Of a stretch of DNA of 64,000 nt, positions 60,111-64,000 are shown in pieces. The notes beneath the pieces were generated by a model, which did no database searches, was not told the origin of the DNA, and saw only the letters and a program-made list of their open reading frames with translations. Origin of the DNA: Felis catus (lineage: Eukaryota); the NCBI RefSeq assembly GCF_018350175.1, contig NC_058373.1, forward strand, positions 116,500,001-116,564,000, given 5' to 3'. Within the stretch, counting starts at the first letter, position 1; the number at the start of each line of letters is the position of its first letter. A program made the position numbers and the translations under genes.

Positions 60111-63100
60111 TAATCCTGCCATCCCAAATCACTGTATTTGCTTTCTTTTTAATTCTGTGTTGGGAAGGTAAGCTTTCCACAGAAGGGAGCTGGTAAACAG
60201 CGGTGAGAGCAAGTACAGATTTGGGGCCTCTGAATATGATGCTTATCACAGCACCTATTTGTAATAGTATAGTAGTAAGAATACTAATAGATTACAAGTA
60301 ACTTCGAAGGAAGCCTACCATTTAAAAACATGCTTTTTAAAATTGGGGGTGGTAGTGCGTGAGGAATATTTAAAATCCCACCAGGTGCATGCTTGTGTTA
60401 GTTTAGGATTTCCGTATTAGTTTAATAAGAGTATGTTGATAATAAAGCCAAGACAAAAATAACTGTCTTTTTTTTTTTTTGCAAGTTCTTTTGTCCTTAG
60501 TCAACTAGTCCAGACTCGTTCTTGTGAATCTTTTGATCCGAGAGGGAGAGTTAAGACTCTGTGCGTGGTTCAGTATAAATTCATTACTTTCTCAGAAGAA
60601 CAAAGTATATGGGTCTCTGATGGTAGGTTAGCATTATTATAATTTTTAGGGTGTGGTTATTTACCTAACTTTTTTTCTGAAATGGATCTAGCCCTGGAAG
60701 GGATTTGGAAATCATGTGGTCCGGTGCTCTGATTTCATAGTCGAGGAAATCGAAGGCCAGGGAGTAAAGAGATTTGCTCAGGGTTCGACAGCTGGTCGGT
60801 GGAGGAGGCCTCCTGATTCCACAGCCTACCTGGTCTTTCCCCAGTAACCTCTCTGGGGAAGCACTGGTTTCTCCCCATTGGGATGAAGCTCCAGTGCCTC
60901 CTGGGCTCTTGTGCTGAGATTTAAGTCCTGGTGTCATAGTTTGGATGGCTCAGTGGGTTGTTGGTTGGATAATACTGCGTGCTATTCTTCTGTGCGTCAA
61001 GTAATACTTGGAAATTTATTCCTGAGTTTTAAGGAAAATGGATCACAGAAGTAAGAATTTTGTTCAAACTAACACGGGGGGGGGGTTGGCGGGGAGGAAA
61101 CCCCTTCAATGACCATGCCTAATTGAAGATGTAAGTTTCACTTGGCGTAAACTGATGTGCAAAAATGAAGGCGGTTTCCCCACAGCTCTCTTCTGTTTAC
61201 ACTTCTGGGCTGTTCATAAATTTGCTCCTATGCCGTTCTTTTGAGGAGGCGTTGCTGGTACACGCACAGTCAGTACAAGGTAAAAATTACTAGGAAACTT
61301 TAGTTTGACTCACTTCTCAGCGCCTTCAGGTCTGTGCTCAGGTGCTGCCTCTGTTGTGAGCCACTTAAGTAAGGTTGCAGTTTGCCTTCCCTTCGTTCAC
61401 TCCTGAATCCCCTTGTTTTGCCGCCCTGGACTCCTTTTCCATAGCACATGGTCCCTCTCACGATACAGATGTATCTCCCATGTCATTTGTGTTTATGTTA
61501 TGTTTACTGCTGATGAGTACATGATATATCTTATGTCTGTATTACGTCCATGTATTCTGTGGGTTGTGTCTCCATTAGATTACAAGCTCCATGAAGGCAG
61601 ACTTTTGTCAGTTCGTGTATTCCCACCAGAAGAATAAGTGGTGCCTGCCCGTAAGAGGTAGTCAGTATACAAATGCATGAACTTGGCAGAAGCAACTACT
61701 CTTTAGGGTTTCTACTAGTAAAATGCCAGGTTCATGGTCCTCATGTTTATGTTTTTTTCATGCACTCGCCGGGGATGGCAAAATCACCAACTGGTACGTG
61801 AAGAAAATAAATTATCTTAAGGGTATGAGTTGTGTTGTAAACAAGTTTTCTGGAACTTCTTGCTTATTTGGCAATAAGCAAGAAACTCAGTTTCAGATGA
61901 AAAAAAAATCATTACATTTGCAGATATTAGTGGAACATGGAACATCTTCTTTAGACTTTAAAATGTAGATTACTAAATGGTCAAAATGTACACAGAAATT
62001 CTCAGATACAGATTTGGGTGGTAGCTGGTTTTAAACCTAATTGATAGAAGAGCTTTTCATTTTCAGCATTGGTGGCACATAAGCCAGGTTTCAGACTGTC
62101 AAGGTCCTGAGGCGGCAGGGGTGGGAAGAGGAAGGAGTCAAGGTCTGGGGAGAGTTGAAAAAACACTTAGTAGTCATCCAGATGTGAAAGTACATTTCCA
62201 CACCTGTTCCTAGAAGTTGAAACACAAGACAGGGAGATACATTGAATGCAGATGAAGTCCATCGTTTTCTAAAATTTTCAAAATTTTCACTTATCTAACC
62301 TGGTGGTAGCTTCCTGCTAAGTTCTGGGGCATAATGTAACTTTTAAATGCTCATTTTTATTGTTTAAAGATATGTTTGACTTTTAGAATTCAAGGGAAAT
62401 AAAGATGATCCTTAATGTCTTAAGAAGATGTTAAGAAACCTAGGAAATGTCTTGGAAATAGACTATACTGGCTTTTTATGTCCGCTTGAGCCCAAAGGGT
62501 AAATGACTTGCCCGACATCACACGATGAACTCATGGTAGAATTGGTACTCATTTTTGTCACAGGTTTTAACTGAAGTGTCCTTAAGAGAGGAGTGTACAG
62601 GCCTTGGAGGTAGATAACCTAGGGGCAGTTATGAATTTGTTCATAGATGTATGTTTTATCTTAAGGGTTTCAAAAATTCATGCAGATATTTCATCCTATA
62701 CAAATTGCATTCTTCTCTTTTGATGTGTCTAAGCATGCACATTTTGTGCTTGAGGAATTGTCATCTGGAATTGGAGGAAATGAACAGAATCAAAGATCAC
62801 CTTACATTATTGTGTTAGAAGCGTTTAAAAAATCAGAATCTTAAAAGAAAACTACAGTGGAGCAATAAATTTATTTGATCTGCTCTGAAGTTAAAAATAC
62901 ATTATAATAGAGGAAATTAATTATAGTGCAGTGAAAATATACCTTGTTTTCACCTCAACTTGGGAAGAATGGATTGCTATTTTTGTTAATTCAGCATTCT
63001 GTAAGTGAAGTAACGCATCTTGCTTTGTATTTTTTTTTTTATTTTTTATTTTTTTAATTTTTTTTTTTTTCTAGAGGTACAGGTTTGGAAGCGATCAGTA

Positions 63101-63122
63101 TTTTTTTAAAAAGAGGCTTTTA

Positions 63123-63344
63123 GGGGCATGTGGGTGGCTCGGTGGGTTAAGGGTCCAACTTCGGCTTGGGTCATGATCTTGTGGTCCATGAGTTCAAGCC
63201 CCGCATTGGGCTTTGTACTGACAGCTCAGAGCCTGGAGCCTGTTTCGGATTGTGTCTCCCTCTCTTTCTGACCCTCCCCCATTCATGCTCTGTCTCTCTC
63301 TGTCTCAAAAATAAAAATAAATGTTAAACAAATAAAAAAATAAA
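63123..63344 (+). mobile_element. Can-SINE
   Basis: TSD taaaaagaggctttt at 63107-63121 and 63345-63359. Confidence 0.94.
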
Positions 63345-64000
63345 TAAAAAGAGGCTTTTGTATATAATTTTGTACGTATGGTTTCCCTGAAGATTAGATC
63401 ATGTTTGTGTGGAGAAAGACAGCCAGCCCCTCCCTACCCCTTCCCCAAGCAGGGAATTAATTACTCTAAAGGTTTTGCTTCTTAATCTTTTGTGTTAATC
63501 TTTTTTTTTTTTTTTTTTTTGCAACACATGGTTAAATGAGATTTCTATCCTGCAGACTGATTTATAGCTTGATTTTAATAGGCTCCAAAATATCGTTTCC
63601 ACAGTTGATGAAAGGGCAGGGTGTGATAGGAAGAGCCCCAGGCTGGCAGTCAGGAGATTTTGACTTAATCTTATCTGTAGGATGAGGGTTTTACAGTGGT
63701 AATGGGGTACTGCAGTCTCTTCCAGCTCCAGGAGCTTATGATACGTATTTGTTCATAATCTGCTTAGTACCTCCATACCGGTATTTCCTAAAATGTAAAT
63801 TTACAGGCGGTGTGCGTGTTTCAAGTTTCACGGTCCCCCCAGGAAGCAGTTCCCTCAGGATGAATACTTTGGGGGCCTGTGCCCCCTCGCTTCAATCTGG
63901 CTGGTGGGTTCTCCTATGTGACTGCAGGGGAGTCACTCCGCGAGAACTTGTCGAGCAGTCACTGGTGACTCATGAAAGACCCTTCCTTCTGCTGCTAAGC

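Larger units (their letters stand above)
27648..64000 (+). other. SIPA1L1: 5' end of a + strand Pol II gene (two UTR exons, then an intron >35 kb); tentatively SIPA1L1
   Basis: Gene presence rests on the CpG island, splice sites, T/G-rich + strand and antisense repeat bias downstream. Identity is only my recollection that human SIPA1L1 has two short CpG-island UTR exons before a very large intron; no coding sequence here confirms it. Confidence 0.4.

Noticed and set aside
553..63344. Recurrent short ORFs with GAWVAQSVK / AQVMIS / RERETQ motifs as a peptide family
   Set aside because: These are translations of Can-SINE copies
1..64000. CRISPR array, operon or other prokaryote-type novel system
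   Set aside because: The sequence is mammalian; the repeats are dispersed retroposons with TSDs, not regularly spaced repeat-spacer units

Overview
Mammalian genomic DNA, almost certainly felid: it carries about 38 tRNA-derived Can-SINEs, several of the young feline SINEC_Fc type, plus feline-type L1 3' ends. I see no host protein-coding exon. The first ~24 kb is repeat-rich intergenic sequence (Can-SINE, L1, L2, MIR, MaLR/ERVL/ERV1 LTRs, MER5, MER44). A CpG-island promoter at ~27.4-29.0 kb has a perfect TCTCGCGAGA motif, an X-box and GC boxes. It appears to drive a + strand gene with two short non-coding exons (~27648-27705 and 28347-28406), followed by an intron that runs past the window end. 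That architecture recalls SIPA1L1, but this is from memory and unverified. The only protein-like ORFs are decayed L1 ORF2 fragments. I found no novel multi-gene system. The most notable observations are a flip in SINE orientation across the promoter, a poly(A)-only insertion with a 16-bp TSD, a near-perfect inverted pair of young SINEs, and several nested or repeated insertions. Repeat family names come from recall of consensus sequences and need RepeatMasker/Dfam confirmation.
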